A stretch of DNA of 64,000 bases, taken from positions 31,264,756 to 31,328,755 of the forward strand of contig NC_069004.1 of assembly GCF_001194135.2 (NCBI RefSeq), read 5' to 3'. The translations under genes and the position numbers were made by a program. The DNA is from Octopus bimaculoides. Its lineage: Eukaryota. Every line of letters begins with the position of its first letter. The first letter of the stretch is position 1. Below are positions 12,102 to 25,600 of the stretch, piece by piece. The notes under the pieces are model-generated. The model saw only the letters and a program-made list of their open reading frames with translations. It was not told the DNA's origin and searched no databases.

Positions 12102-13006
12102 GTAAGTCTAATAAACTAACAACCAATTGTTAAATTAAGAACAGGTATCCCTCCTACCAAATTTCTGGCATAGTCGGAGAAAATACCTTGTGGTATTTAT
12201 TCTGGCACCTTGTGCTCTGTTTTCAAATCCTACTGAAGGCAGCATTTCCTTTAATCATTCTGGGGTCAATAAACATTGTACGTGTCTCATGTGGTGGGAC
12301 GCACAGAAATATTACACATAACCCAGCTTTCGTTCTCGTTACACATCCTTTTCATTGCAGTCATCACCTGATATATCAGCTGATTCCTTTTAATAAATAA
12401 TCTCCCTGTTAACCACTTTTGTCGCCATATTCCTGTTGAAATACACTGCCTTTGTTTCAATTAATTTTGAAAATAACAAAGAATTTAGTAAAGTAACTCT
12501 GTCATTATTAAACTGGTGTTTGAAACATAAAGTAACAGGAAATTTTGATAGGTTTTAATTTAGATCACTTTAACCCTTTTAATACCATATTTCTATTGAA
12601 ATACACGACCTATGTTTCAATTAATTTTGAAAATAATGAAGAACTTAGTAAAACAACATTGTCATTATCGAACTGGTGTTTAAAGCATAAATTACCATGA
12701 ATTTTTGATAGAAGGTTTTAATTTAGATCACTTGAAAATGATAATTTTTTATCATAGAACCAAGAACAGTCTCAGGCGGGTTAGTATCGCAATGGTTAAG
12801 ATAGTCTGCTTTCAAGAAGGTCTATGGGACCAGGAATGGTATGGTGCGAAACAGCAACTAACAGAGCTTATACTTATTTCACATTCATCTTCCATGTTAC
12901 AAAACTACCTTACAATCTCCTCCCCTTACTATTTCATATAATTACTCACAGCCTTATAGTACCCCTGTTCTATTTTACACGTTCCTTATACTGTTTGTCA
13001 TTCCAG

Positions 13007-13087
13007 TCTGTGAAATCTTCAATCCCATTGGAATTAACTGAATTAAGCATCAGTGTAATCTTTGAACTGTTCGTCTGTGTCCAACAG
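13007..13087 (+). CDS. C12orf56: C12orf56-like exon (SVKSSIPLELTELSISVIFELFVCVQQ); phase 0 to 0
   Basis: Acceptor tgtcattccag|TCT and donor CAG|gtaagt. Resembles human LEYTNTATALLYEILLVFQQ. Confidence 0.8.
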
Positions 13088-13693
13088 GTAAGTTCTTGTG
13101 TGTGCGTGTGTGTGAGTTTTTAATAAGTTCTGGGGTCAATATGATCAACTAAACCCTTTAAGGTGGTGCTCCAGCATGGCAGAAGCCCAATGACTAAATC
13201 TATTAACAAAACAAAGGAATATTGAGTGTGTTGCATATGTATGCATTTATATATATAAATATATATACACGTATACATGGTATCATCAATAAGCATCCAG
13301 ACTGTTGCTATAGTAACGACACAGATTGACCTTGAACTCTGCTGTGCATGTGCACTAAGCTCACCTCCGCTGTTTACAGCAGTGCTTGGAAGGAAGGTGT
13401 GTAGTGTGTGATCGTCGCACAACTTCTGGGCCACCAGCCACAGAAAGCAAGCCAAAACAGACTGGGGTCCAGGAAGGCTCTTACCAGCCCCAGACAAACT
13501 GTCTTACCCATGCTCTCTCTCTCTCTCTCTCATTGAGCCCCAATTTCCTTACACATGCTGCCATTGCAACCATTGCCACTACACATCACCACCACCACAA
13601 CCACCACCACCACTACCACCGCCACCACCACCACCACCACCATCACTGCCTTTATATTAATTATATCCAATTTGTTTATTTTTTCTTCTGCAG

Positions 13694-13765
13694 AAATTAG
13701 ATGGAAGTAAGGAAGACATTTGTACCAGTTGGTTGGTTGGCGTTGTCGAAGATATTGGGGCTGAG
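13694..13765 (+). CDS. C12orf56: C12orf56-like exon (KLDGSKEDICTSWLVGVVEDIGAE); phase 0 to 0
   Basis: Acceptor ttttcttctgcag|AAA and donor GAG|gtaagt. SWLV resembles human AISWIMSFL. Confidence 0.8.
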
Positions 13766-15187
13766 GTAAGTTGTGCCACACCTGGTTGGTTGGTTGGTTG
13801 GTGTCGTGGATGTCTATATGAAGTCGTCATCATCATCATCATCCACTGTGGATGCTGAACACCGGTTTTTGGCCCAACCCCAGGGTGCGTCCTGCAAACA
13901 TGGCTTCGGTTGCGTGCCTTAGCTCTAGCATTTTCACAGTTATCCACTCTCCTCATAGTGAGGAATATGGTCCCAAGGACTAGGTCCAGTTCCTGAGCCA
14001 TTCACAGTTTCACCATTTATTTATGGCATGAACTTACACTTGCATGCCTTAAGCTTTTGAGACAAGCATATGACTCCTGGCAGGATCAACCAGGTATCAT
14101 CAGTTGATTGGTCAGTCATTACCAACAACGGTCACCACTGCTACTGCAGTGGTAGCAGGCAGGCAGGCAGGCAAATAGATAGAGACAGAGAGAGGCAAAC
14201 TGATAGACAGACAGACAGGCAGAAAGTCAGACAAACTGACAGATTGATTGGTAGATGAGTTTGGTTTACAGTTTAACCAGTTCCCTATCTGTCAACTTTG
14301 TTCATTGTTTGACTGTGTAACTGGTTCACTAATTCATTAGTTCACTGTCAGGTTGTTTCAGTGTTTACTTATGCCATTGTTTCACAAACTAACTAGTTTA
14401 TCATGTTATTTTGATTCACTGTTTGATTATGTGGTTTGTTTGCACTCACCTGATGTCCGCTCAGTCAGGATTACTCTGATGCTAAACCACAACAGCAACT
14501 GTGGAAGGAAATTTCCCCTCTCCCACATAAGAAGCACCCCAGCACACTCTGTAAAGTGGTTGGCATTGGGAAGGGCATCCAGCCTTAGAAACCATGCCAA
14601 ATCAGACTGGAGTCTGGTGCAGCTCCCCAGCTTACCAGCTCTGGTCAAACCATCCGATCCATGCCAGCATGGACAACAGACATCAAATGATGCTGATGAT
14701 GATATTGATGATTCTAGAGAGCATGTGGTGGCCGGCAGAGTGCGGGGAGAGAGAGGCAACGAAGAGCATGTCGTCAATGTCGGGTAGAAAGCGCAAAACG
14801 AAGTGGCGTCGTCCTGGCTGCACGAGCAAAGGTGTGGAGGCACACAGCAGCGACAGCGGCCAGGCGGAGGCGAGGGAGAAACTGAACATGCAAGAGTGAG
14901 AGGACAAACAGACAGAACGGCAGCTGCCAGCAGGCAAGCAAGCAAGCGAGCAGGCTGCCGGTGCGCATGGAATAGGACGATGACGACAGCATGGACAAGG
15001 GCACTCACGTGCAGGCAGACGAGGTGGCAGTGGAAAGTTGAACATTAAATAATGATGATGTTGATGATGATGATGACGACAATTCCAGACACAAATTATG
15101 TCACCATCAGCTGACGTTACATAACTAATTAATATGATGTCAAGGGTAATTATGTAATTATGACCAATGCATGGTTTCTGTTCTCAG

Positions 15188-15387
15188 GATCTGATCTGTG
15201 GTATGGTGAGCCAAGTTCTAGAACTGACCAAACCAACGTCCAGTGGCAACAATTGTGTAGAGGTCAGCTGTCTGTTGCCACTACAAGTGTTAAAACTCTA
15301 TCAACATTACTACATCCTGGCTGTTATCCTAGAAAATAGCTCTCAACTGGCTGAGTATATCCACTCAAACTATTTGAGTGAGTTCAA
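15188..15387 (+). CDS. C12orf56: C12orf56-like exon (DLICGMVSQV...LKLYQHYYILAVILENSSQLAEYIHSNYLSEF); phase 0 to 2
   Basis: Acceptor ttctcag|GAT and donor AA|gtaagt. Matches human LLYQQFYILKSCLRHSRTLAEYIRNNYREEF. Confidence 0.9.
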
Positions 15388-15869
15388 GTAAGTTCCCGAC
15401 CTTTGACACAGTACAAATTGATCGCTTTTTTTAATTAATACAAATTACAAGATGGCAAGCTGGCAGAATTGTTAACAAGCTGAGCAGAATGCTTAGTAGC
15501 ATTTCACCTTGCCTTACATTCTGAGTTCAAATTCTGCCAAGGTAGACTGTGCCTTTCATCCTTTTGGTGGGGGTCAATGAAATAAGTACCAGTTGTATAG
15601 TGGTGGTAGGGGTGATATAATCAACTTATACCCCACCCTTGAAATTGCTGGCCTTGTGCCAAAATTTGAAATCAAATTAATTGAAATTAAGCAACAGAAG
15701 CAATTAAATAATTCTTCCTACTATAGGCAGTAGGCCTGAAATTTGGTGGGGAGGTGTAGCTGTTTCCAGTATTTGACCGGTAACTCAACTTAGATAACCT
15801 CAGCCAAGAGTGGCCCAGGCCATGTCTAACTTAATAGCACCATCTGTCAGGATCTATTAAGTCATTTTA

Positions 15870-16250
15870 AAATCAAGTTTTGTAGTATTATGGCCCATTC
15901 AAGTAGGGAGTTGTTGTGGTCTGGGATGTATCCAGGTATAGGTGGCTTATCTGGTATCCCTGAAGAAATTTACTCAGGTATCATTTGAGGGTAATGGGAT
16001 CTTTTTCTCTTTTGATTTGTTTTGGGATAATGTTAAATAGCGCAGGACCTCTTGAGGAAAAGATTGTGTTGTAGTGAATTTATGTGTTGTAAGCTTTGTG
16101 TAGGAGGTGTATAGCAGGTGGTATCAGCCCTGGAGGAATTCTAAATTTGAGGTTAAGGTCATTTGGGTAATGCTGGTGGTATATTCTCCACATTGTACAA
16201 ATGATGTAGTGCTCATGAGGGCACTGGAGAAAATGAGGATTTTAAGGTGA
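15870..16250 (-). mobile_element. CR1/L2-group LINE 3' fragment in the last intron of the C12orf56-like gene
   Basis: FSSRGPALFNIIPKQIK...K*YLSKFL..IPDKPPIPGY....NSLLEW. Confidence 0.7.
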
Positions 16251-16316
16251 TCCTAATAATCAACTCTGAAAGGCCAAAAGGCAAAGTCTTGAATTATTCT
16301 TTCCTGTCTTTTTCAG

Positions 16317-16425
16317 ATATTTGGTTCAAGTGCCGGTGCTTAAACAAAGGCTGTCAACTCACTGCCCACTCTCCAACACTGTCTTACAACTGATTGTGAA
16401 GGTTTTACAGAAAATTGTACATTAA
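16317..16425 (+). CDS. C12orf56: C12orf56-like terminal coding exon (YLVQVPVLKQRLSTHCPLSNTVLQLIVKVLQKIVH*)
   Basis: Acceptor ctgtctttttcag|A and TAA at 16423-16425. Resembles human RYFIHMPALQKRLPLCYPITQPTIQLFHEVLKLV. Confidence 0.85.
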
Positions 16426-17248
16426 CCTTTGAATGGCAGATCCCATCCAGAAAAGGGGTCACTCAGACAGACTGGCATTAAGTCAGTCACAGACACTCTC
16501 CAGTCCCCGGCCCACAGATACAATGTCTTCTCTCTCTGCCTTTTCTGTCCTTCTATCGTACTTTAACTTCTCATCACCTGGCATAAAGCTACCTCTTTCA
16601 ATACTACTCCGTGACCCTGTCCACCTTGGTCTTGTCTTGAAAATTACTTGGTGATCTCGCTGGTGTTGGTGGTATGAAAACGAAGGCACCTTAGTAAATT
16701 CTGTGGAGTGGTCGGCATTTGGAAGGACATCCAGCTGCAGAAAACATGCTCTTGTCAAACCGTCCAACATATAACAGCATGAAAAACAGATGTTAATTGG
16801 TGCTGCTGATGATGTCAACGATAATAGTAATGGCCTCTGCTCCTCAGAGCTGGTTAGGCTCCTGCCATCTCCCCTCAGATACTTCCAATCTACTCATCTG
16901 TCCCCACTTCACCACCTTCGTATGTGATGTGTCCAACCCCTACACCATCCATTGAGCCCAATCTTTCCTCTTCAGAACTTCATCCCTCTGGAACTCTCCT
17001 TTTACTCACGTCACTTCTTCAATTGTGAACTTGCAATGGTCTTTAGAGGAACAGCAGCAGCATCTCTTTCACCAGTTTTGGGGGGTTTGCGAATGTCATG
17101 GGCACTACCTGTCCCTCAAAACCCTGCAAATGAAAAAAATATAAATAAAACAAGGTAAAAAATGATCTTATAAATACAAATAAGGGCTGCGGCAGAAAAA
17201 CCTCCCCTATTTTACATGACCATTATTATGGTACTTACTTACTTAGGT

Positions 17249-17629
17249 GGAGGTGCAATGGTCCAGTGGTTAGGGCAGCGGACTTGCGGTCGTAGGATCG
17301 CGGTTTCGATTCCCAGACCGGGCATTGTGAGTGTTTATTGAGCGAAAACACCTAAAGTTCCACAAGGCTTCGGCAGGGGATGGTGGTGACCCCTGCTGTA
17401 CTCTTCCACCACAACTTTCTCTCACTCTTACTTCCTGTTTCTGCTGTTCCTGTAATTCAAAGGGGCCAGCCTTGTCACACTCTGTGTCATGCTGAATCTC
17501 CCCGAGAACTACGTTAAGGGTACATGTGTCTGTGGAGTGCTCAGTACTTGCACGTTAATTTCACGAGCAGGCTGTTCTGTTGATCGGATCAACTGGAACC
17601 CTTGTCGTCGTAACCGACGGAGTGCCAAC
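17249..17629 (+). mobile_element. tRNA-headed SINE family C, full-length with a 13-bp TSD. Others at about 8550, 19955-20270, 26720, 36500-36960, 47224 and 52153.
   Basis: Head ggaggtgcaatggtccagtggttagggcagcggact...gcggtttcgattccc; TSD attatggtactta at 17225-17237 and 17633-17645. Confidence 0.9.
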
Positions 17630-18749
17630 CACATTATGGTACTTATGAAGTTAGGCATGTGTTAATGATATCTTTATGCAGTAAATGTTTCACCATGTTT
17701 TGTAATCACCAACATGGCTTGGATTAAAGCATATTGTGGGTTTGCTAAGTAAAACATTTGTTTCAACATGTGAAATGTGAGAGACATTTTGCCACATCCT
17801 GTATATTACATGAAGTGTTTGGCTTTGATTGTTTTCCACTTAGTGACCCGAGTCCAGGATGTCACTGGACAAAACATCAGTTGCTGTCTGCCAGCCTCTA
17901 ATTGTTTGATTCTGAGTCGTTTCTGACCCAGCTGAACTTTGATCAAAGATCTTCCAGCTATGACCATCCCGTCTTAAATTCAAGCACAGTGTATCTAGGA
18001 CTACATTATCCAATGTTCATTTCTTTGTTGACATTGATTAACTCCAGACCAATCCTGATCCAGCTGGCCCATGATTAAAGATGTTCCGGTATGACCATCT
18101 CATCTTATATTCGGGCATAGTATATCTAGGACTACATTATCCAGTGTGTGTTTCTTTGTTGTTGTTTAGTCCCTAGTTCAAACTATGACCCCATAGACCT
18201 TGGATCGAGAACATTCTAGCCATCACCAGTCTGCTATTTATCTATCCAGTGTGTCCCACATCATGGGTCTATCCTCAGGTCATTCCTGAGCATGCTAATC
18301 ATTGGCCAAAAATGTTCCACCTTTGACCATCCTGTCCCTTATTCAGACATTTTGTATCATCACCATCATCACCATCATCACACCACCACCGCTGCCACCA
18401 CTACCACCACTACCACTGATATCACCACTGCCACCACTACCACAATTGCCACCGCCACTGCTGCCACCACCATCACCATTGTTATTGTTATCATCATCAT
18501 CATAATCATCATTACTGCTATAGCCACCACCACAACCACCCCCATCGCTATCATTACCATCATTGCCACCACTACTACAATCATCATCATCATCATCATC
18601 ATTACAATCAGATAATTTATTATAATTTATAAATAAATACTTTCATGAAATATATGTATTTCTGAGTTAATTTTTAAAAATCTTACTTTTCTATTTTGTT
18701 TGTTGTTGTTTTGTGTTTTTTTATTTGTTTTGTTTTGTTTTTTCTTCTT

Positions 18750-19095
18750 GTTTCGCCTCAAGCCATGGGGCACTGCAATGCATGACCAAACTACCATAAT
18801 CTCCTCATCAAAAGAGTTCCCTCGAGAGGTGAGAGACTGCAGCAAGCATAAAGTTTTCCGTTTCAAATGCAGTCGGAATACAGAAGCAATTGAAGACCTC
18901 CAGCTTCTGGAGATCAGCAAAACGTACACGGAGAGGTGGTCAGCTGAAGACATGACTCTTGACAGTCAAAGTGGATATGGAGCTCATTTCCGGACCTTGG
19001 GTCTTTGGCATTCATCACTGGAACTGGAAATGGCTTCAACACACTACAGAATTAGCCACCAATAGACATACATGGACCGCCTTGATCCATGATGA
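18750..19095 (+). mobile_element. RTE-clade LINE 3' fragment
   Basis: KRTRRGGQLKT*L.TVKVDMELISGPWVFG..HW.WKW....ELATNRHTW, typical of the RTE C-terminus. Confidence 0.7.
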
Positions 19096-19189
19096 TGAAC
19101 ATTACTCCATTACAAAAAACCATAATCATCAATTGCCAGTGTCCATGGACTGGCTCTTCTGTGGGTGGCACATAAAAGACACCATTTTG

Positions 19190-19420
19190 AGCGTGGTCGT
19201 TGCCAGTACCGCCTGACTGGCCTTCGTGCCGGTGGCACGTAAAAGCACCCACTACACTCTCGGAGTGGTTGGCGTTAGGAAGGGCATATCCAGCTGTAGA
19301 AACACTGCCAGATCAGATTGGAGCCTGGTGTAGCCGTCTGGTTTCACCAGTCCTCAGTCAAATCGTCCAACCCATGCTAGCATGGAAGGCGGACGTTAAA
19401 CGATGATGATGATGATGATC
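19190..19420 (+). mobile_element. SINE-like family D with (GAT)n tail, representative copy. Others at about 3920, 6270, 7000, 14520, 16670, 21960, 24940, 30530, 54290, 57270, 57880, 60660 and 60890.
   Basis: Repeated gtggttggcgttaggaagggcatccagctgtagaaac...cgtccaacccatgctagcatgga...gttaaacgatgatgat. Confidence 0.88.
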
Positions 19421-19429
19421 AGATGAACC

Positions 19430-19900
19430 GTAATTTTACAAACAAAAGAATATCCCAAGAATACAGCAGAGACGTGGTTGAAGTCTGTTGAGGACAACTA
19501 TGAAATGGGAGAACGACCAACAAAAACTGGCCGTTGTGGGCATTAGGGAGCGGGGTTAGGTAAAGAATATAGTTTGTGAAAAGGTGTAATAGGATATCTA
19601 AGGTCAGCAATCCAAGTGAAATAGCCATCTGCTGGACTGGTTCATTGGTAGGCTAGAGGTGATGTTTTATTATACCAGGCTTAGAGAAGCTGGTAGTTGG
19701 GAAAGGACCGAAGATAAAGGATGAAGAATAAAGAAAGTGAAAAATAAAAATGAAGAAATATAAATGCATAAAGAAAGCCAATTAGGCATGGGGTCGGGGT
19801 TTAGGATTTGCTGGCTAAGGCCAAAGAACAAAGGGAGGAGGGCAGAGATACACGGAATTTAGGGGTGTTCTGTGGATATAGGTTGAATGTTAGGTTAAGG
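19430..19900 (-). mobile_element. Possible Penelope-like reverse transcriptase remnant
   Basis: Degenerate KLYSLPNPAP*CPQRPVFVG resembles the Penelope FY.LPKIHK...P.RPIV motif. Confidence 0.4.
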
Positions 19901-21304
19901 TATGAAGGCAGCGCGATTGATTTATATGATAAAGTGGAAAGATGTAGGATGTTGTTGGCACTCCGTCGCTTATGACGTTGAGGGTTCCAGTTGACACACG
20001 TGTACCCTTAACGTAGTTCTCGGGGATATTCAGCGTGACACAGTGTGACAAGGCTAACCCCTTGAATTACAGATACAGAAACAGGTAGTAAGAGTGAGAG
20101 AAAGTTGTGGTGGGAGAGTACAGTAGGGTTTGCCACCATCCTCTGCCGGAGCCTCGTGGAGCTTTAGGTGTTTTCGCTCAATAAACACTCACAACGGCCG
20201 GTCTGGAAATCGAAACCGCGATCCTATGACCGCGAGTCCGCTGCCCTAACAACTGGGCCATTGCGCCTCCACGTTGTTTTAGATACAAATATGTTATATG
20301 GGTTTGTGGAAACCGTTTGTAATATTAGGACATGTTTGCCTGGCGAGGAAATACTTTGTGGCAATAGTAGCGTATTACTTATCATTAAGGCATTCAAAAG
20401 TGACGGAATTATATAATAAACTACAAATAGTACAGAGTTAAAGGAAATACCAATTCGGATATCAAAGAAAGCCGGCAATAAGAAGTGGTCTTATGATTAA
20501 CAATATGGCATGTTATATAGGTGGCATTGATATTATGTAATTAGATTGTATAATCACCATTGGGTGGGCTGATGAGAGAGGGTTGACGATGAAGGGGGGA
20601 AGAGGACAAGGGGAAGGGGAAAAGGTGGGTATGAGAAAAGAGAGAAAGAGAGTAGGGGTGAAGAGAAGTAGGAGTCAGAGTAAGAGAGGAGAGGTGGGTG
20701 GTAGGAAGTAGGAGGGAGGGTGGACAGTAAACATTAAAGTAAGGCAAACATCTCAAGGAGTAGAGAATATTATTATGTTTGCCTTGCCCTTAATGTTTAC
20801 TGTCCTGTTTAACAATTATATATCCGCTGCATCGGAAATCTGCAATGGCTCCATAACAACCGTTCCGGCTATAACCTTGTAGCCACAGTAATCCATTACA
20901 GCACTTACCTAGAGAACTTAATTGTTTAGATCACCTGTTAATTGAACCCCCATACTTTGTGTGTGTATGTGTGTAATTGAAAACCAAGAGGTGAGTGGTA
21001 CCCAAAAGAAACCAGAACTTTGCAATATTATTTTATATAAGTGTAAACATGTAAAATTCAGAGAATTAAAATAATAGTGCAAAATCCGCATTTCTATTGG
21101 CTATTCCTATACAAAATAGAATACAACAGTCGGCCAACTTCAATTTATATTATATATATTTAAATTTTTGATATATAACCAAGGAGATCGATTCATAAGG
21201 AGTTTACTATAGACCTTTGTGGACGAATTTTTGCTATTTTGGTAATGATTACATGTTTTATCTCACCAACACATTTTGTAGATATCATTATATGNNNNNN
21301 NNNN

Positions 21305-21351
<47 letters not shown>

Positions 21352-21523
21352 CTTCTTTGTCTTTGTATCTGATTTGCTTGGTTGCAGGCAGCAACAAATG
21401 AGTTAATCAATTGTTCAACCAGAACGAAGACATAACACCTTGAGTTTATGTGTTAGGGTTTTTCCAAATTCTTTTCTATTTTATGTACCTGACAATGTAA
21501 TGCTCTTTGGTTTGAGAACTTGG

Positions 21524-21563
<40 letters not shown>

Positions 21564-22519
21564 CATATGAGGGGAGAGGGAGAGGAAGTAGAGGAGGAAA
21601 GAGAGAGAGGAAAACAAGTGGTGGAGAGGCACAGACAAACAGAGAAAAAGAATTGAGGAGAGGATGAGAGTGAAAAGGTGTGCAGAAGAGAGAGAAAGAA
21701 GGGGGGGAGAGAGAAAGAGTGGTGTTGTACCTGTGTTATATGCAAGGTAGCAACCCTGATCAGGTATGTGATGTTGATAAGCCAAGATGGGATCAGAGGT
21801 GAGTTGTTTCACCTGTCCATGACATTCAGGTGTTTTAACACCTTGTGCTTTGAGAGAGTATTCTCTAGCACACAAAATGCCAACAGGCAAATACATAAAC
21901 TATATACAATGAGTATATAAGGTGGCTAATATTTATATATATATGTGTGTGTGTATGTATCCTCATCATCATCGTTTAACGTTCGTTTTCCGTGCTGGCA
22001 TGGGTTGGATGGTTTGACTGAGGTCTGGAGAGCCAAGGGCTGCACCAGGCTCCAGTCTGATCTGGCAATGTTTCTACAGCTGGATGCCCTTCCTAACACC
22101 AACAACTCTGAGAGTGTAGTGGGTACTTTTTACATGCCACCGGCATGGCGGGGCCAGTCAGGGGGTACTGTCATTGGCCACGTTTGGATAGTGCTTTTTA
22201 CATGACAAACATATTTCAACTAACCAAAATTCTGCTCACACCTAAACACTGCTTTGCACCTATGCTCTGTTAATATATAATATATATATATATAAATTAT
22301 AAATATTACAATACAGTAGTATTATTTTCCAGCAAAATAAAGCACCGTAAAGGTAGAATTATAAATAGGAATTAGTGACACAAGGTCCTAATTTTTGCTG
22401 GAAATAGCAGTCGATAACCATATGATGCTAGGTCATATGATAACTACACAACTTAGCATCAGACGCTTATCGACTGCTATTTCCAGCAAAAATTGGTACC
22501 TTGTTGTGCCACTATTTCC

Positions 22520-22574
<55 letters not shown>

Positions 22575-22859
22575 GAATTTAAAGGGAAATATTATTCTAG
22601 TGGTTACCGTGTTTCCTCTTAATTCAGTTTACGATGCCAGCTAACCACAAAGGTCCTTTTGTGATACCCAAGCTAACAATAAGTTGCTAGGCTCTGGTAA
22701 ATTTTCTCAATAACCAGTTGATCTAGCAAGCAGGACCTCATTTCAGTGAGGCGGGGGCAATGATGCTGTTGAGAAGTAGGCCCCGAAACAGCATGCATTC
22801 TCTTTTTACCCTTTTCTTTTCTTGTGTACCAACCTTCAAAGATCTGAAGTAATTTAGAT

Positions 22860-23075
22860 TCACCTGGGAGGAGGCAGGTAAGTGTACTAATGGGAAGTAC
22901 CAGAGGGATGAATAAAGAGAGAGACCTAAGAAGACACGGTGTGCTGCTTTTAAAGGAGTTCTGAAAAATATTAGCATCAGCTGGGTAGAGGCAGATGACC
23001 GTGCTCAAAGCTGGGATCATTGGAGACATCCTGCTGTTGAAATACGCCAACTGCATGGGAGGAATTAAGACTAAG
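22860..23075 (+). mobile_element. RTE-clade LINE 3' end fragment
   Basis: RERPKKT....FKGVLKNISISWVEA...AQSWDHWR....HGRN*. Confidence 0.6.
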
Positions 23076-24109
23076 ACATCATGCTTAAAATTAGTTTGTT
23101 TTTATTATGCTTGGTTGCACAAACTTTATCAGTGACAAAAATCTAGAAAGACAGGCAGTCAACAACAGATGTCACCACATGTTCATGTCTATCAAACCAT
23201 TCAAGGTCAATAATGTATCGTGTCTTTTTTTGTTTTTTTTTTATATTGATGTTTCACAGCAAAAGCTAATATCCTATTAGCAACACAACAGTCTTTATCA
23301 ACAAAAATTGCAAATTCCCTCAACCAGCTCTGATGTTCTGATATCCCACTCCCTCTCACACTACTCATCGTCTCTCACCACCCCTCTACCATCCCTGAAT
23401 CTCATGCCAGTGATTAATCCACGACCAGTCTGGAGCATTTCATCAGTTTCTGCAACGTTTCTCCCCAGTTTAACACAAAACTTTATTGCACAGCAGTTTT
23501 CCTAATTGTCTTCATATTCCTGACTGCATTCTACAAACTAGTCGACTGGGATTTTTTCTTATTTAGCTGTCACTTTTCAGTTTCTTCAATTTTTGTTCCA
23601 ATTGATTTCATATTTCATGTTTTGATGTAGTTGTGTATGGTGATCACTGACCCCAGTACTCAACTGGTACTTATTTCATCAACCTCTGAAAGATGTAAGG
23701 CAAAGTTGACCTTAGCAGAATTTGAACTCAGAACGTAAAGATGGTTGAAATGCTGCTGAGTATTTTGAATAACAACAACAATAATGTTAATAATAATGGT
23801 TTCAAATTTTGCCACAAGAGAAGCAAATTTTGTGGGAGGGGATGAGTTGATTACATTGACCCCCAGCATACACAACTGGTACTTATTTTATCGACTCTGA
23901 AAGGACAAAAGGCAAAGATGACCTCGGTGGAATTTGATCTCAGAAAATAACAACAGGTGAAATACCACTAAGCATGTCATCCGGCACGCTAGTGATTCTG
24001 CCAGTTCACTACCTTAATAATAATAATGATGATGATGATGATGATGGTGATGGTGATGGTGGTGGCCACTCCTATCAATTTCAATGCATGAGTGCTTGAT
24101 GGAAAGGAT

Positions 24110-25600
24110 TAAATTTAAAAAATGTATCCAATGGGTGCGTGAATGTAATTTGAGTCCAAATTTGGATTTTGCTTATGAAGTCACAATGGAGACATTGATG
24201 ATTTCGATTTCGCCTGGGATTGGACAAATGTCTCCTGTTGATTACAGAACCTAATGTTTTAATTGTTCTGCTTCTTCAACTCAAATTGTTTTGACGTATC
24301 ATGATATATTTTACACCATCGAAGCAATGACTTTCCCCAAAATGTTAAATTAAGTTGTCAGGATTTCAGTGATTGCTTCAACATATCCTTATATCTACAA
24401 CATAATCCTTATATCTAAGGATGGGTCTTTTTTGACCAGAGAATCTCTCTAATTGTTGGTCATACAAAAAATTTTCAGAATGTGATCAGCTTGCACTCAA
24501 ACATGTCTTGTTTCTCTGCACTGTGCTTCTAATACTGAAGATAGCACATTTTTCTAAAATTTTGACATTTGACACTTTATCCTGTCATTTTACACTGAAG
24601 ATATTGCATGTGAAAGGTTTTAAGTTTGTTTATATATCTTTAGTAGAAAGTTCATGCTTCTTGTCCTGTAAAACAAGTGTGCCCAAAATACAAGATTTAT
24701 ATTTTAGTTATTTTAGTTTTCAAACTGACACCATGTTCATCCAACAAATGATGATGAGAAAGTTCTCCAAAAGTACTTATGGCCTCAGATATTCTAACCT
24801 CGATTTCCTCATCAAGCGTACTCTTAAAAGTTTAACTGTTCTTCTGAGATATTTAAATGATTTGACCCATTTCAGTGGTTTATTTTCACATTTCAATCTT
24901 AAGTAGGCTTTGGTTGGAGTAAAACTTCTGTCTTCTTCATCATCATTGTTTAACGTCCGTTTCCCATGCTAGCATGGGTTGGACGGTTCGACTGGGGTCT
25001 GGGAAGCCAGGAGGCTGCACCAGGCTCCAGCAGAGTTTCTACAGCTGGATGCCCTTCCTAACGCCAACCGCTCCTACAGTGTAGTGGGTGCTTTTTACGT
25101 GCCACCAGCACAGGGGCCAGAGGAGGCTGGCAACAACCACGATTGGTTGGTGTTTTTTTCGTGTCACCAGCACAGAAGCCAGTCAAGGCGGCGCTGGCAT
25201 CGGCCATGTTCAGATAGTGCTTCTTAATGCTGATAATCAGCCCAAATGTATGAACTGCTGCAGCAAACCTGTTGATCATTTCCTGAACTCCCTCAAATGT
25301 ACGAGAAATCAAAGTGCACTCATCAGTGAACAGAAAATCACATAGAATCTTTTCCTTGGTCTTTTTCCTTTGATCTGAAGCTTTGCCCATTTAGGTTTAC
25401 CAGACCTCCATCTATGTGAAACTGAAATTTTACACCTTCATGGTAATTCTTAAAAGCATGTTGGAGCAACACCAGAAAGAATATGGCAAAAAGTATAGGA
25501 ACTAGACACAACCCTGCTTAATTTTAGATAGAAAATGCCTCTGAACATTGAGGATAAATATCACTGTCGCCATCATTCCTTTGTGTAAAGATGCCATTAC
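24110..25600 (-). mobile_element. 5'-truncated RTE (BovB-like) LINE, interrupted by a SINE at about 24940-25210
   Basis: RT remnants KQGCV..P.LFAIFF, DFLFTDECTL, GLIISIKK, VKSFKYL, LDEEIEVRISEA..TFG, KWQDKVSN-like, LRYKD and a terminal C..C...KFGLKLHSRTH. Confidence 0.88.

Noticed and set aside
12754-12840. Possible extra C12orf56-like exon after the ttttatcatag acceptor
   Set aside because: Phase-0 reading hits TAG after eight codons, and 12101 joins 13007 in frame without it.
17249-17325. tRNA-like A/B-box sequences here and at other SINE heads
   Set aside because: They continue into conserved SINE bodies, lack a full cloverleaf with acceptor stem and are multi-copy; these are SINE heads, not tRNA genes.
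22755-22800. Second hammerhead-like string CTGTTGA-gaagtaggcccc-GAAA-cagca-tgcatt
   Set aside because: Core has A6 changed to U, helix II does not pair and there is no NUH triplet with helix III; at best a dead relic.
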